This document shows, piece by piece, positions 63,248 to 64,000 of a stretch of 64,000 nt of DNA. The position numbers were made by a program, and so were the translations under genes. Position 1 is the stretch's first letter. Each line of letters opens with the position of its first letter. The stretch comes from Pristiophorus japonicus (taxonomy: Eukaryota), in NCBI RefSeq assembly GCF_044704955.1, contig NC_091978.1, forward strand, positions 319,920,001-319,984,000. Direction: 5' to 3'. The notes below the pieces were generated by a model, which saw nothing but the letters and a program-made list of their open reading frames with translations, did not search any database and was not told where the DNA came from.

Positions 63248-64000
63248 GCAAATGCATGGCAGATAAAGTATAATGTGGATAAATGTGAGGTTATCCACTT
63301 TGGTGGTAAAAACAGAGAGACAGACTATTATCTGAATGGTGACAGATTAGGAAAAGGGGAGATGCAACAAGACCTGGGTGTCATGGTACATCAGTCATTG
63401 AAGGTTGGCATGCAGGTACAGCAGGCGGTTAAGAAAGCAAATGGCATGTTGGCCTTCATAGCGAGGGGATTTGAGTACAGGGGCAGGGAAGTGTTACTAC
63501 AATTGTTCAGGGCCTTGGTGAGGCCACACCTGGAGTATTGTGTACAGTTTTGGTCTCCTAACTTGAGGAAGGACATTCTTGCTATTGAGGGAGTGCAGCG
63601 AAGGTTCACCAGACTGATTCCCGGGATGGCGGGACTGACATATCAAGAAAGACTGGATCAACTGGGCTTGTATTCACTGGAGTTCAGAAGAATGAGAGGG
63701 GATCTCATAGAAACGTTTAAAATTCTGACGGGTTTAGACAGGTTAGATGCAGGAAGAATGTTCCCAATGTTGGGGAAATCCAGAACCAGGGGTCACAGTC
63801 TAAGGATAAGGGGAAAGCCATTTTAGGACCGAGATGAGGAGAAACTTCTTCACCCAGAGAGTGGTGAACCTGTGGAATTCTCTACCACAGAAAGTTGTTG
63901 AGACCAATTCAGTAAATGTATTCAAAAAGGAGTTAGATGAAGTCCTTACTACTAGGGGGGTCAAGGTATATGGCGAGAAAGCAGGAATGGGGTACTGAAG
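63248..64000 (+). mobile_element. Young 5'-truncated CR1 inserted in Gypsy pol; runs off the window
   Basis: Near-identical to 54412-55163; ORF 63215..63826. Confidence 0.95.

Overview
Repeat-dense vertebrate nuclear DNA, most likely a shark: CR1 tails of the (GAAACATA)n/(CTATGTTT)n type, Deu-type SINE remnants, a Penelope element and many GC-rich GGG..CCC-ended MITEs point that way. The window looks intronic or intergenic. No spliced host gene can be identified, although a few low-confidence promoter/first-exon candidates lie on the + strand. The one recognisable cellular coding sequence is an intronless, poly(A)-tailed NDUFS5 retrocopy (40559-40879). The rest is CR1 LINEs (one with its 5' end, a tandem-monomer promoter and an intact ORF1), L2, RTE, a Penelope element split by CR1, a Gypsy LTR element interrupted by CR1, 3 Tigger-like MITEs and about 12 PIF/Harbinger-like MITEs. 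The standout observation is a single-ORF (APE+RT, no ORF1) LINE at 7547-10697. Its 5' UTR is a tRNA-like Pol III head, and its whole 3.15 kb sense strand has no TTTT Pol III terminator (about 17 AAAA runs). A 350 bp SINE at 48400-48750 is that LINE's head joined to its tail. Together these suggest a Pol III-transcribed, protein-coding LINE with its own deletion-derived SINE. All calls are by eye; no database searches were run.
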